From positions 1 through 45,649 of the IMG/VR virus record IMGVR_UViG_3300037755_000687: a DNA stretch of 45,649 nt. One strand, given 5' to 3'. The DNA comes from a virus. Taxonomy: Duplodnaviria > Caudoviricetes. How positions within the stretch are numbered: the stretch's first letter is position 1; each line of letters starts with the position of its first letter. Shown here piece after piece: positions 45,226 to 45,649 of this stretch. Made by a program: the position numbers and the translations under genes. The notes beneath the pieces are model-generated. The model was not told where the DNA came from, ran no database searches, and saw nothing but the letters and a program-made list of their open reading frames with translations.

Positions 45226-45234
45226 GTTGGATCC

Positions 45235-45649
45235 ATGATGAAACAACGAAATCATCATCGTTGGTATGATTCAGTGAGATGGTTGCGCCTACGCGCGGCG
45301 CATCTCGCGCGCGAGCCCTTATGCAGGTATTGTGCTCGACAGGGACTGGTAGTGCAGGCCACAGTCGTAGATCATATAGTCCGGCACAGGGGTGATAAGG
45401 TGTTGTTTTTCGATGGGAAGAACCTTCAGTCGCTATGCAAGACATGCCATGACAGTGTTAAGCAACGCGAGGAACTAGGTCAGATAGTGCATACATACGA
45501 TACGCATGGCATGCCTATGCATGCAGCGCACCCATGGAACATGGGGCTCCCCGAGGGGGGAGGAGCCTCGTCGTCTCCATTTCTTTTATTTTCTTCCTCT
45601 CTTGAAACAGGGGGGGATGATCGAAAATCTTCATCGCAGATCAAACCAG
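45235..45649 (+). CDS. HK97 gp74-like HNH endonuclease, runs off the window end (absent from the ORF track)
   Basis: Y...RW..LR...L.REPLCRYC......ATVVDHI..H.GD..LF.D..NLQSLC..CHD..K, then G.P....HPWN. Confidence 0.9.
   Translation, partial: MMKQRNHHRWYDSVRWLRLRAAHLAREPLCRYCARQGLVVQATVVDHIVRHRGDKVLFFDGKNLQSLCKTCHDSVKQREELGQIVHTYDTHGMPMHAAHPWNMGLPEGGGASSSPFLLFSSSLETGGDDRKSSSQIKP

Noticed and set aside
1-45649. Stop-codon reassignment, tRNA genes or a lysogeny module
   Set aside because: TAG, TGA and TAA all end conserved genes at expected positions. No cloverleaf, integrase or CI-like repressor was recognised, though a small part of the genome is probably missing.

Overview
Near-complete genome of a GC-rich tailed dsDNA phage (siphovirus-like), probably infecting a Gram-negative proteobacterium. 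The + strand arm (135-20468) holds an HK97-type head module (TerL, portal, three unusual inserted genes, protease, MCP), connector and tail genes with a lambda-type GGGAAAG tail-chaperone frameshift, tape measure, tail tip and fibre, and lysis genes. The - strand arm (20787-42380) holds three blocks. (i) An early region in which genes are separated by eight structured repeats of two strictly alternating types. (ii) A thymidine-hypermodification cluster: dUMP hydroxymethylase, 5-hmdU DNA kinase, amino acid:DNA transferase, P-loop kinase, MazG-like pyrophosphatase and DUF3310, plus a cupin where known pathways have PLP, rSAM or FAD tailoring enzymes. (iii) A replication block (SNF2 helicase, VRR-NUC, PolA, DUF2815 SSB, DUF2800) with many small genes. 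A + strand primase-VirE helicase, an iteron-like AT-rich ori candidate and a gp74-like HNH gene end the window, probably close to cos. No integrase, repressor, small terminase, tRNA or CRISPR array was recognised. All family calls come from motif recognition by eye, not from database searches.
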